NCBI GenBank assembly: GCA_964361095.1
Contig: CAYHZA010000001.1
Location: 1,456 to 65,455, forward strand
DNA from: an uncultured Candidatus Saccharibacteria bacterium
GTDB lineage: Bacteria > Patescibacteriota > Minisyncoccia > UBA6257 > 2-01-FULL-56-20
Direction of reading: 5' to 3'
Length of the DNA stretch: 64,000 bases
A model generated the notes under the pieces. That model searched no databases. It saw only the letters and a list, made by a program, of their open reading frames with translations, and was not told the origin of the DNA. Made by a program: the position numbers and the translations under genes. Each line of letters opens with the position of its first letter. Position 1 is the stretch's first letter. Positions 47,727 to 55,971 of this stretch are shown one piece after another.

Positions 47727-50333
47727 GTGAAGTACAACCATCGAAAAATTGAGAAGGGATGGCAAAAGCAGTGGCTTAAGGAAAAAATCTATGAGCCCTT
47801 CTTCGCTCCCGCCGCCGCTAAAGCTACGGTGGGCAAGCCTGATTTAACGCACGCAAAGAGGCCTTTTTATAACCTGATGATGTTCCCATATCCTTCCGCG
47901 GAAGGGCTTCATGTCGGGAATATGTACGCGTTTGTGGGCGCGGATATCTACGGGCGTTTCAAGCGGATGCACGGGTATGACGTATTTGAACCGATAGGTT
48001 TGGATGGTTTCGGAATCCATGCCGAAAACTATGCCCTGAAGATAAAGAAGCATCCCGCCGAACAGGCGAAGATTTCCGAAAAGAATTTCTATCGCCAGCT
48101 TGTGGAAATCGGCAACGGTTTTTCGTGGGATGAGCACTTGGAAACCTATGATTCGGAGTACTACAAATGGACGCAGTGGATTTTCGTCCAAATGTTCAAG
48201 CATGGGCTCGCGTATCGTAAAAAGCAGGCGGTTAATTGGTGCCCGGACTGTAAAACCGTTTTGGCCGACGAACAGGTCCTATCCGGAGAATGCGAGCGAT
48301 GCGGTACAAAAGTTATGAAACGAGAGTTGGAACAGTGGTTTTTTCGTATAACGAAGTACGCGGAAAAACTTTTGAAAGGCCTAGATGGATTGGATTGGTC
48401 GGAAAAAATAAAGATCGCCCAGAAAAATTGGATCGGTAAATCCGAAGGCGCGCTTATCGACTTTACGATTAAGGGTACGGGTATGAACGTAGAGGTATTT
48501 ACCACGCGGCCGGATACCATTTTCGGCGCGACGTTTTTGGTTTTGTCGCCGGAAAATCCCTTGGTGACGGCGCTGGAATTCGAAATGAAAAACAGGAAAG
48601 AGGTAACGCGGTACGTGGAGCAGTTCATTAAGCATAAAGAAACTTCGACACCCCACAGGGGTCGGAGTCCCAACCGAAGCGTCGGGGAAAAAAAGGGCAT
48701 AGAACTCAAGGGTGTAAAAGCCATAAATCCGGCGACCAAAAAGGAAATTCCGATTTGGGTCGCGGATTACGTGGTTATGGAATACGGCACGGGGGCGATT
48801 ATGGCGGTACCGGCTCATGACGAACGGGACTTTGAGTTTGCGAAAGAAAAAAAGTTACCCATTAAATTCGTTGTTGTCCCGCCAGCCGATCAGCAAAGCC
48901 GTTTAATGTTGTCTCACTTAGATCTTGCTTCGGGCAATTCAAAATCTCGCACGGATTTTTCCGGTCCCTACACAGGCATAGGCTTTCTCATAGATTCCGA
49001 TCGATACAGTGGTTTTGATTCCGAAAAAGCAAAGTGGGCAATCACGAAATTCGTCAAAGGCAAAAAAGAAATCCACTACCGCCTCCGTGACTGGCTTATC
49101 TCACGCCAGCGTTATTGGGGGCCACCGATTCCGATGATTTTCTGTCCGCATTGCGCGCACCGAAAAATGGGTGAACGAAACGATATGCCCGGGTGGTACA
49201 GCGTTCCCGAAAAAGATCTGCCGGTTCGTTTACCGAAGATCAAAGATTTTCGTCCGAAAGGCGAGGGGGTTTCGCCGTTGGCAAAAGTTCCCTCATTTTA
49301 TGAAGTAAAATGTCCCAAGTGCAACCATGAGGCGGTGCGGGAAACCGACGTTTCGGACACCTTCTTGGATTCCGCATGGTATTACCTTGGGTATTTGATG
49401 CAAAATCAAAAATCAAAAATCAAAAATCAAAATTACAAAGCGAAAAATAAAAGTCCTTGGGATCAAGCGGTTGTACGAAAATGGCTTCCGGTCGATATGT
49501 ATATCGGAGGAGCGGAACACGCCGTACTTCACCTTTTGTACGTTCGATTTATGGCAAAGGTATTTCATGATTGGAAACTCGTTGATTTTGATGAGCCAGC
49601 AAAAAAATTCCGCGCGCACGGGCTTTTGATCCGCGACGGAAAAAAAATCTCAAAATCAAAAGGCAATATTATAAATCCCGATCAGTTTATCAGCGAGTTC
49701 GGCGCGGACGCTCTGCGGATGCACCTGATGTTTTTGGGCCCGTTCGAAGAAGGCGGCGATTTTCACGATCAGGGTATTATGGGCCCCGTACGGTTTTTGG
49801 AGCGCGTGTGGGAGAGATTTAACTCTGTAGCGAAATTTGATTTGCCGCGTTCCAAAGATTCGAATGGGGACGTGAATACCGCCATGTCAGATGAGTATTT
49901 TCATCGGGCGATAAAAAAAATTACCGGAGACATAAAAAATCTGCGTTACAATACCGCCGTGAGCGCTCTTATGATGCTCTTAAACGATATGGTAACGCTC
50001 AAAGTTTATGACAGCAGATTTTTGGTGCTTCTTGCTCCGTTTGCGCCGCACATGGCGGAAGAATTGTGGCGGAACGTTTTGGGCCATAAAACTTCCATTC
50101 ATCGCGAGCCGTGGCCCGTATATGATAAAAACAAAATAGCGGAAAAGACATTCACGTTGGTAATTCAGGTGAACGGCAAAGTGCGGGATACCGTGGATGT
50201 CACGGTTGGAATAAGCGAGTCCGATGCGAGAGAACTTGCTTTAAGTCGAGAGAAAATTAAGAACGCGGTGGGTGAACATTCCATAAAACGCATAATTTAT
50301 ATTCCCGGTCGTCTTATGAATATCGTACTCTAA
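47727..50333 (+). CDS. leuS: Leucine--tRNA ligase with three in-frame repeat insertions
   Basis: MFPYPS..LHVGN, FTTRPDT, GTGAIMAVPAHD, SRQRYWG, KISKS. Confidence 0.97.
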   Translation: MKYNHRKIEKGWQKQWLKEKIYEPFFAPAAAKATVGKPDLTHAKRPFYNLMMFPYPSAEGLHVGNMYAFVGADIYGRFKRMHGYDVFEPIGLDGFGIHAENYALKIKKHPAEQAKISEKNFYRQLVEIGNGFSWDEHLETYDSEYYKWTQWIFVQMFKHGLAYRKKQAVNWCPDCKTVLADEQVLSGECERCGTKVMKRELEQWFFRITKYAEKLLKGLDGLDWSEKIKIAQKNWIGKSEGALIDFTIKGTGMNVEVFTTRPDTIFGATFLVLSPENPLVTALEFEMKNRKEVTRYVEQFIKHKETSTPHRGRSPNRSVGEKKGIELKGVKAINPATKKEIPIWVADYVVMEYGTGAIMAVPAHDERDFEFAKEKKLPIKFVVVPPADQQSRLMLSHLDLASGNSKSRTDFSGPYTGIGFLIDSDRYSGFDSEKAKWAITKFVKGKKEIHYRLRDWLISRQRYWGPPIPMIFCPHCAHRKMGERNDMPGWYSVPEKDLPVRLPKIKDFRPKGEGVSPLAKVPSFYEVKCPKCNHEAVRETDVSDTFLDSAWYYLGYLMQNQKSKIKNQNYKAKNKSPWDQAVVRKWLPVDMYIGGAEHAVLHLLYVRFMAKVFHDWKLVDFDEPAKKFRAHGLLIRDGKKISKSKGNIINPDQFISEFGADALRMHLMFLGPFEEGGDFHDQGIMGPVRFLERVWERFNSVAKFDLPRSKDSNGDVNTAMSDEYFHRAIKKITGDIKNLRYNTAVSALMMLLNDMVTLKVYDSRFLVLLAPFAPHMAEELWRNVLGHKTSIHREPWPVYDKNKIAEKTFTLVIQVNGKVRDTVDVTVGISESDARELALSREKIKNAVGEHSIKRIIYIPGRLMNIVL

Positions 50334-51247
50334 TGGCAAAAGTATTTGGCGCCGCGATTTTAATCCTTGCCTTGATTGTTCTTATTGTTATAGTACGTTC
50401 CGATTCCAATCCCTTAAGTCGGATTTTTACCCGTTCCTCGAGTACTTTTGGAGGTTTTGGCACAAGCACGATTTCGCAGAGACCCTCTCCTCCTGCTTAC
50501 ACTCCGCCGCCACGAACTTCGCCATCTGGCGGATCACCTCCTCTGGCGCAAACGACCTCGACGATAAATCCCCGTGACATTCCGCAGGGATTTACGCTTG
50601 CCCAGCTTTCGCCTTATTTCAAAAAAGTGCGCATTGCTTCGCTCTCTGCCGGTTCGGAGACTAGTTATAGCGTGGTAACACTTCGCGCGGGAATCAGCGG
50701 GTCAAGTACGGTAAATATTACCGGTTGGCAGTTCAAATCGAACCGCGGCGGACAAATTATGCCGCGCGCGATCAATAGTTACGATCCGAGCGGACTTACG
50801 AGCGAGAGCGATATTGTACTTAAAAACGGGGATTTCGTGAGGATCTATTCGACGGTAAGTCCTATCGGGAAAAATCTTCGCCTTAATTCCTGCGTTGGGT
50901 ATCTCGAAAATCATTTGAATTTTAATCCGCGGCTTTCGGTAAGTTGCCCGCAGATTGATTATTCGGGGATCTCTTCATTTACCGGCAGATGTCAGGATTA
51001 TATTCGCTCGCTCGGATCGTGCCGCGAGCCGGTGGCAAATCCGCCGATACCGCTTACCGATTACGCGTGCAGAGATTATGTGAGCGTCTTAAATTATCGC
51101 GGGTGTTACGACCGCCATCGCGGCGATTCTGATTTCTTGAAAAACGAATGGCGCGTGTGGACAGGGAGTAAATTCCTTGATTTTCGTCACGACCGAGTAT
51201 ACCTCTTTGATACGCGAGGCTTGCTGGTAGACGCTTATACGTACTAA
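50333..51247 (+). CDS. Membrane-anchored hypothetical protein
   Basis: N-terminal TM, Pro/Ser linker, Cys-containing domain. Confidence 0.7.
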   Translation: MAKVFGAAILILALIVLIVIVRSDSNPLSRIFTRSSSTFGGFGTSTISQRPSPPAYTPPPRTSPSGGSPPLAQTTSTINPRDIPQGFTLAQLSPYFKKVRIASLSAGSETSYSVVTLRAGISGSSTVNITGWQFKSNRGGQIMPRAINSYDPSGLTSESDIVLKNGDFVRIYSTVSPIGKNLRLNSCVGYLENHLNFNPRLSVSCPQIDYSGISSFTGRCQDYIRSLGSCREPVANPPIPLTDYACRDYVSVLNYRGCYDRHRGDSDFLKNEWRVWTGSKFLDFRHDRVYLFDTRGLLVDAYTY

Positions 51248-51253
51248 GAATTT

Positions 51254-52303
51254 CTATTTTCGTTCGGCGAGAGCGATCTGCACGTTGAATTTTTTTATTC
51301 CGCGGAGGATGAGGAGGTTCACTTTGTCGCCTACGGCAAGATTTTCGAGTACGTCCTGGATCGGATGCTCGCGGTCGATTTTCTGATCGTTGCACTCAAG
51401 AATAATATCTTTTTCTTTGATGCCCGCCTTTTCCGCAGGTCCCTTGGAGAGTACGCCGTGGTCATGGGGAGTTTCGCTCATTATGAGAGCTCCATAACTT
51501 ACCGGAAGTTTCATTTTGTCCTTTAAATTTTCGTCAATGGTTAAGTAGCGGACGCCGAGCATTGGGCGTAGAATACGGCCGTATTTTTTGAGATCATTAA
51601 AGTCGCGGTGCGCGGCGTTAATAGGAATGGCAAAACCGATATTTTGCGCTCCAAATACGATTGCGGCGTTGATGCCGATCGCAAAGCCATTCATATCAAC
51701 AAGAGGTCCGCCGGAGTTTCCGGGGTTGATTGCGGCGTCGGTTTGAATCAAGCCGCGCATTTCCTGAGGAGGGGACATCGGATCTGCCTGCGCGGAGATT
51801 GATCGTGAAAGTCCCGAGACGATGCCGAGAGATACGGTATTTTTGAAAAGCCCCAGCGCGTTTCCAATCGCGATTACGCTTTGACCGAGGTCAAGTTTTG
51901 TAGCATCTCCAAGCTCAACAACCGGCATTTCGAAGGCTTCGATTTTGATAATCGCGACGTCGTTTATGGGATCGCGACTCAATACTTTCCCGGGAAATTT
52001 CCTTCCATCGTCGGTTAGTATCGTATATTCGGCCTTGGGGTCGCTGATGACGTGTTTGTTGGTGAGTATCAAACCGTCGGCTTCAACAATAAAGCCGGAA
52101 CCGCCGCCGATTTGCACCATTCCATTTTTATCGACAAGTTCGGGAGGGATTTTAAGTTTTGGTCCTTTTGGTCCGCCCGGAAGAAAAGGGAGAAGTTCCC
52201 GAGGAATTTCTTTTTCGAGATCTTCGAGATGTTTTGTAATGACGATCGAAACGACCGCCGGCATTACTTTTTTAATCGTCGCGATAATTTGTTTTTCTTC
52301 CAT
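51254..52303 (-). CDS. htrA: HtrA/DegP-family serine protease with PDZ domain
   Basis: GSGF, TNKHV, IQTDAAINPGNSGGPL. Confidence 0.93.
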   Translation of the reverse strand: MEEKQIIATIKKVMPAVVSIVITKHLEDLEKEIPRELLPFLPGGPKGPKLKIPPELVDKNGMVQIGGGSGFIVEADGLILTNKHVISDPKAEYTILTDDGRKFPGKVLSRDPINDVAIIKIEAFEMPVVELGDATKLDLGQSVIAIGNALGLFKNTVSLGIVSGLSRSISAQADPMSPPQEMRGLIQTDAAINPGNSGGPLVDMNGFAIGINAAIVFGAQNIGFAIPINAAHRDFNDLKKYGRILRPMLGVRYLTIDENLKDKMKLPVSYGALIMSETPHDHGVLSKGPAEKAGIKEKDIILECNDQKIDREHPIQDVLENLAVGDKVNLLILRGIKKFNVQIALAERK

Positions 52304-52434
52304 CCCACCTTTAAAGAATTGCAAAGCAGTCACAATTCTTAATTTTAGTTTTTGACCGTTTTTTCAAGTATATAACACATTGCTTATGAAATACAGTATA
52401 TAGAAAATAAGAAAACAGATTCTTTAAAGGTGGG
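52304..52434. repeat. 16-bp perfect inverted repeat bracketing the htrA upstream region
   Basis: CCCACCTTTAAAGAAT (52304-52319) and ATTCTTTAAAGGTGGG (52419-52434). Confidence 0.75.
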
Positions 52435-52438
52435 GGAT

Positions 52439-52476
52439 CCCGTTACAATCAGAACCCTAAGCCGGATTGTAACGGG
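52439..52476. repeat. CCCGTTA-family palindrome
   Basis: CCCGTTACAATC..GATTGTAACGGG. Confidence 0.7.
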
Positions 52477-52542
52477 GGTAATTTAAACAAAAATCGCTCC
52501 GAGGGTGCGGAACGATTTTTGCTGCAACGTATGTATCAATTA

Positions 52543-53361
52543 CTACGGAGTCGAAGTCGAAGTTGTTGTAGTTGTTGCATTTTTGGCCTCGCCGAATGCT
52601 ACCTTAAGGTCAGCCCTCGCCTTTTCCATCGCTGTCTTGAAATCACTATGCGCCTTTTCAAAGGCGGATTTTCGAGTGGTCTTTAGTGCCTCGAAGCCAG
52701 TCTTGAAGGTATCTTGAGCTTTTTTTACGGCATTCGTAAAGGTTTCACGGGCGGACGCGAGAGCGGTTTTTAAGCCCTCCCGTATCGTGTCACGATCAGC
52801 TCCCGCGGCGCAGTCGGTTTTCGCCTTGGCGATTGCCGCTGATTTTGCGGTTTTTGCCGCGACCATCGCCTGGTCGATTGCCACCTTTCTTTCATCTATG
52901 AGCTTCTGAACTCCGGTAGTGAAAGAAGAAATCGAGGCATCGACAGCTTTGCGGCGTGCGGAGATAGCATTCGCAACCGCTGTTTGGAACGCCGTTACTG
53001 CCGCTTTTTGCGCGTCAGTTTGCGCTCGTTCCATAAGCTTCGTGATGTGCTCTTGCGTTTTTCCATCCTGTTTCACACGGTTTTCGGAAAGTTTGTTTTT
53101 GCGGTCTTCAACTTTCTTTTCGACCATCTCTTTCCGTTCCATGCGGCGATCCTTGATGTTTTCCGTTCGCTCCATCAAGTTTTGGTCAAGTTTGGAGAGC
53201 CGCTCATTGAGCATGCTACAGAAGTTTGCTGTGTTGCCCGGTGTTGAACTTGGTGCGGCCCCTTTTCTCTCTACCCGCTCCGCCTGGGCAAAACTGCCCA
53301 CCGGCGCGAGAAGAACAACGAGGGTCAAGCTTCCGACTATTTTTTTAATTGCTGTGTTCAT
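52543..53361 (-). CDS. Secreted alpha-helical hypothetical protein
   Basis: Signal peptide; Ala/Lys-rich helices. Confidence 0.75.
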   Translation of the reverse strand: MNTAIKKIVGSLTLVVLLAPVGSFAQAERVERKGAAPSSTPGNTANFCSMLNERLSKLDQNLMERTENIKDRRMERKEMVEKKVEDRKNKLSENRVKQDGKTQEHITKLMERAQTDAQKAAVTAFQTAVANAISARRKAVDASISSFTTGVQKLIDERKVAIDQAMVAAKTAKSAAIAKAKTDCAAGADRDTIREGLKTALASARETFTNAVKKAQDTFKTGFEALKTTRKSAFEKAHSDFKTAMEKARADLKVAFGEAKNATTTTTSTSTP

Positions 53362-53363
53362 GG

Positions 53364-53660
53364 TTAGAATTGACTCCCGTCAAAAGACTTGCCAAAATCG
53401 CTGATGGCTTGGTCGTTTTCCGCAAGAATTGAAGGATCATTTTCGAGTGTGGGAGTTTCGTCGGCCGCGCCGATGCTCATGATGATCGCGGCAGTCGCGT
53501 CGTCAGGATTACCGTTTGCCGCCGGCGGGTTTTGCACATTGGCCGGATTTGTCGCCCCCGTGTTTTCGTTCGAAGGGGTCATCGGCTGGCTATTCATAAA
53601 GAAATACAGCCCGACAACCACCAAAACTACTACAATACCGATAATATATTTTTTTGCCAT
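53364..53660 (-). CDS. Small membrane-anchored hypothetical protein
   Basis: N-terminal TM; adjacent to the downstream ORF. Confidence 0.65.
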   Translation of the reverse strand: MAKKYIIGIVVVLVVVGLYFFMNSQPMTPSNENTGATNPANVQNPPAANGNPDDATAAIIMSIGAADETPTLENDPSILAENDQAISDFGKSFDGSQF

Positions 53661-53676
53661 GATTTTGGATTATATA

Positions 53677-53814
53677 CCCCCACACCTAAATGAAATAATT
53701 ATCATCTCGAAGTTCTTGCTTCATCCCGCATCTTAAGAAGTTCGGAAGAACATAGACCTAATCTCAAGGCGGAAAGAGCGTGGTGAGCTTCGCAATTTCA
53801 TTTAGGTGTGGGGG
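53677..53814. mobile_element. 138-bp CCCCCACACC-family non-coding element with 20-bp perfect inverted repeats
   Basis: CCCCCACACCTAAATGAAAT ... ATTTCATTTAGGTGTGGGGG; no flanking duplication visible. Confidence 0.75.
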
Positions 53815-53953
53815 CGAGTCGACCTTTCTTTGGATGATATACGTATCATTGTATCATTTTGAAACCAGGAAACAAACGCGCGGAATACTTTGAAAATAGA
53901 AAGAAAAACCGCGGCATGTGATGTGCCGCGGGGAAAATAGAGGGAATCGTGAA

Positions 53954-54283
53954 TCATCGATGCGCAGTGGCGGTTTTTGTCTTCTCGATTTGGCTTTCGA
54001 TCTCTCGCCATGTGTCCGACGAGCGGTTTCGCACATCTTCGAGTTTTCCGCGTCCTCTTCGCCGGTAGAGGATGAAGCAGAGCTGGCGGCTTTCCTTGAT
54101 GAAAGTTGCTTCTTCGTGGGCGTGGAGTTGGATTACCAACGGATTTCTTCCGCCCGTGGTGCGAAGCACCTCAAAGCAATTCTCATCCACATCTCCACGG
54201 TGTCTCAAAAAGTCGACGATAGCTTCATTCGTTGCTTGATTCCTCGGTTCGACGTACCAGCGGGTTTCCTCATCTTTCGCCAC
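53954..54283 (-). CDS. Hypothetical protein
   Basis: RBS GAGGAG before the GTG start. Confidence 0.55.
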   Translation of the reverse strand: MAKDEETRWYVEPRNQATNEAIVDFLRHRGDVDENCFEVLRTTGGRNPLVIQLHAHEEATFIKESRQLCFILYRRRGRGKLEDVRNRSSDTWREIESQIEKTKTATAHR

Positions 54284-54412
54284 GATTATTCTCCTCTCGA
54301 GAGAAAAGTTTTTATACGTTGTGCTGACAATAGGGGAGCTATTATTGATACTAAAGAAAAGAGAGTTTTTTGTAAATTACCTGCTTTTCCCACCCAAAGC
54401 GGAAGGTGGATG

Positions 54413-54473
54413 CCCCGCCCATGGCGGGATTGCTGTTTTCTAAATTCGCTTTGCTTATTAAGAAAACAGGGAA
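54413..54473 (-). mobile_element. TTCCC-hairpin-GCAAT-CCCG-hairpin-CGGGG element (copy 2)
   Basis: Minus: TTCCC tgttttct..agaaaaca GCAAT CCCG ccatggg CGGGG. Confidence 0.8.
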
Positions 54474-54478
54474 GATTC

Positions 54479-54535
54479 TTCCCGTTCGGTACAAATCTTT
54501 GATTTGTTAACCGAACGCAATCCCGCTTCGCGGGA
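54479..54535 (+). mobile_element. TTCCC-hairpin-GCAAT-CCCG-hairpin-CGGGA element (copy 3)
   Basis: TTCCC gttcggt..accgaac GCAAT CCCG cttcg CGGGA; sits in GATTC|GAACC, a tRNA T-loop. Confidence 0.8.
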
Positions 54536-54614
54536 GAACCTCTACCGATTTTCCCGAACATTGCGGTAGGGGTGAGATTCGAACTCACGATACCATTTCT
54601 GGTATAGCAGTTTT

Positions 54615-54770
54615 CCCCGCCCAAAGCGGAAGGTGGAGGATTCGAACCTCCGAAGCTGTTTCCAGCTTACCGCATTTCAAGTGCGGCGCATTCGTCCACT
54701 CTGCCAACCTTCCGCTTTGGGCGGGACTGCTTTTTTCTAAGCTCATCTTATTCGCTAAGAAAACAGGGAG
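54615..54770 (-). mobile_element. CTCCC-hairpin-GCAGT-CCCG-[tRNA-Ser]-CGGGG element (copy 4)
   Basis: The second stem CCCGCCCAAAGC/GCTTTGGGCGGG encloses an intact tRNA. Confidence 0.8.
54627..54713 (-). tRNA. tRNA-Ser(UGA), intact inner copy
   Basis: GGAAGGT/ACCTTCC acceptor, CCGCA-CTTGAAA-TGCGG, long variable arm, GGAGGTTCGAATCCTCC. Confidence 0.93.
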
Positions 54771-54958
54771 CAAGACTGCCGCCTTCAACCCTTGCCCGCC
54801 AAAACTTTGGCGTCGGCGGGACTCGGCCACCCCACCCGCTTGCTTTATTGTTAGTGAAAAATAAGAAAATTACAAATTCCGAGGGTGGCATGGAATGAAG
54901 CTCCGATGCTTCGATCGGAGCACAAAAAAAACCCTGAGTATTCGGGGTTTTCTTTTTG

Positions 54959-55029
54959 TGGACCTACGGGGAATCGAACCCCGATATCACGCATGCCATG
55001 CGTGCGCTTTACCACTAAGCTATAGGCCC
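54959..55029 (-). tRNA. tRNA-Ala(GGC)
   Basis: GGGCCTA/TAGGTCC acceptor with G3:U70; CACGC-ATGGCAT-GCGTG; GGTTCGATTCC. Confidence 0.93.
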
Positions 55030-55151
55030 AAAGCATTTATATAGTATCTAAACAAAGTTTTTCTTGCAACAAATCTTCCAGGTATCAGCTTTAAGGTGGA
55101 GATGGATAGTAGCTATCGCTCTAGGACGATTAGGTATGTTATAATATTTCT

Positions 55152-55775
55152 ATGAGAAAGTTGGCGGCTGGAACAGTTTCGAAAATTAAGACGTTTCGGA
55201 GGCACGGGTTTAGCATTCCAGAAATCAGCAGGAAACTTCTTATCCCTAAGTCTACAGTATTCCGTTATATCCAGGGCGTAGCGATCGCCCCGGAATATTA
55301 TCAACGCTGGCAAGATCGTAGAAACGCGAGCAAAATCATCTCGTTGCGTAATTGGCAGATTGCCGAAAAGAATGCGAAAGAAATGTTGCCCCGCATCACA
55401 AAAAGAGAAATGGCGATTATGGGGGCAATGTTATACTGGGGCGAGGGATCAAAAGGAGACTTTAGTTTTTCCAATACCGATCCCCAAATGATAAGATTTT
55501 TTCTGAAAATCCTTCGAAGTGCATTTGGAATAAAAGATTCCGAAATAAAAGTTTCTTTAAGAATCTATGAAGATCTCGATCGAAAAAAATGCTTAAAGTT
55601 TTGGTCAAAAACAACCCGCATTAAATTAGACTCTACAACTTCAATCAACGTACTGAAGGGTTCTAAGAAAGGAAAACTAAAATACGGCATGTGCAGAATC
55701 CGAGTTCGAAAGTCGGGGTTGCTTTTGAAACAAATTTTGTCCATTATAAAGTTGCTTGCCGAGACGCCCTCGTAG
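55152..55775 (+). CDS. HTH + LAGLIDADG-like endonuclease, tRNA-adjacent
   Basis: SIPEISRKLLIPKSTVFRY (HTH); GAMLYWGEGSK..FSNTDP (LAGLIDADG-like); stop codon lies inside tRNA-Arg. Confidence 0.75.
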   Translation: MRKLAAGTVSKIKTFRRHGFSIPEISRKLLIPKSTVFRYIQGVAIAPEYYQRWQDRRNASKIISLRNWQIAEKNAKEMLPRITKREMAIMGAMLYWGEGSKGDFSFSNTDPQMIRFFLKILRSAFGIKDSEIKVSLRIYEDLDRKKCLKFWSKTTRIKLDSTTSINVLKGSKKGKLKYGMCRIRVRKSGLLLKQILSIIKLLAETPS

Positions 55776-55840
55776 TTCAATGGATAGAACGGCCCTCTCC
55801 TAAGGGGCAAATGACTGTTCGATTCAGTCCGGGGGCACCA
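55766..55840 (+). tRNA. tRNA-Arg(CCU)
   Basis: GCCCTCG/CGGGGGC acceptor, GCCCT-CTCCTAA-GGGGC, GACTG-TTCGATT-CAGTC, CCA end. Confidence 0.92.
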
Positions 55841-55971
55841 GAAAGGAAGTATGATAGAATTACTATAAGAGCCGCACCGATAAAAACTGCCAAAGAACCT
55901 GTTAAAAACATCGGCTCGAACCATATTTTAATTTTGGGGGAAGAAAATTTTTTAATCATAAAGTTCATAAG

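Larger units (their letters stand above)
54389..54543 (-). pseudogene. Relic of the tRNA-Ser 3' end interrupted by two back-to-back TTCCC/GCAAT elements
   Basis: Removing 54413-54473 and 54479-54535 gives CCCAAAGCGGAAGGTGGA(T)GGATTCGAACCTC, matching 54620-54650. Confidence 0.7.
54564..54836 (-). tRNA. Outer, interrupted tRNA-Ser(UGA): 156-bp insert at anticodon 35/36 and 30-bp palindrome in the D-loop
   Basis: Removing 54615-54770 and 54791-54820 gives a full cloverleaf: GGTGGGG/CCCTACC acceptor, GCAGT-CTTGAAA-ACTGC anticodon arm, long variable arm, GTTCGAATC. Confidence 0.75.

Noticed and set aside
54615-54770. Group I intron in tRNA-Ser or tRNA-Ala
   Set aside because: Without the inner tRNA only about 70-145 nt remain, and no P3/P4/P7 core is recognisable.
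53918-55036. ORFs 53918-54502, 54286-54624, 54585-54830 and 54851-55036
   Set aside because: They overlap tRNAs, repeat elements or a better ORF on the opposite strand.
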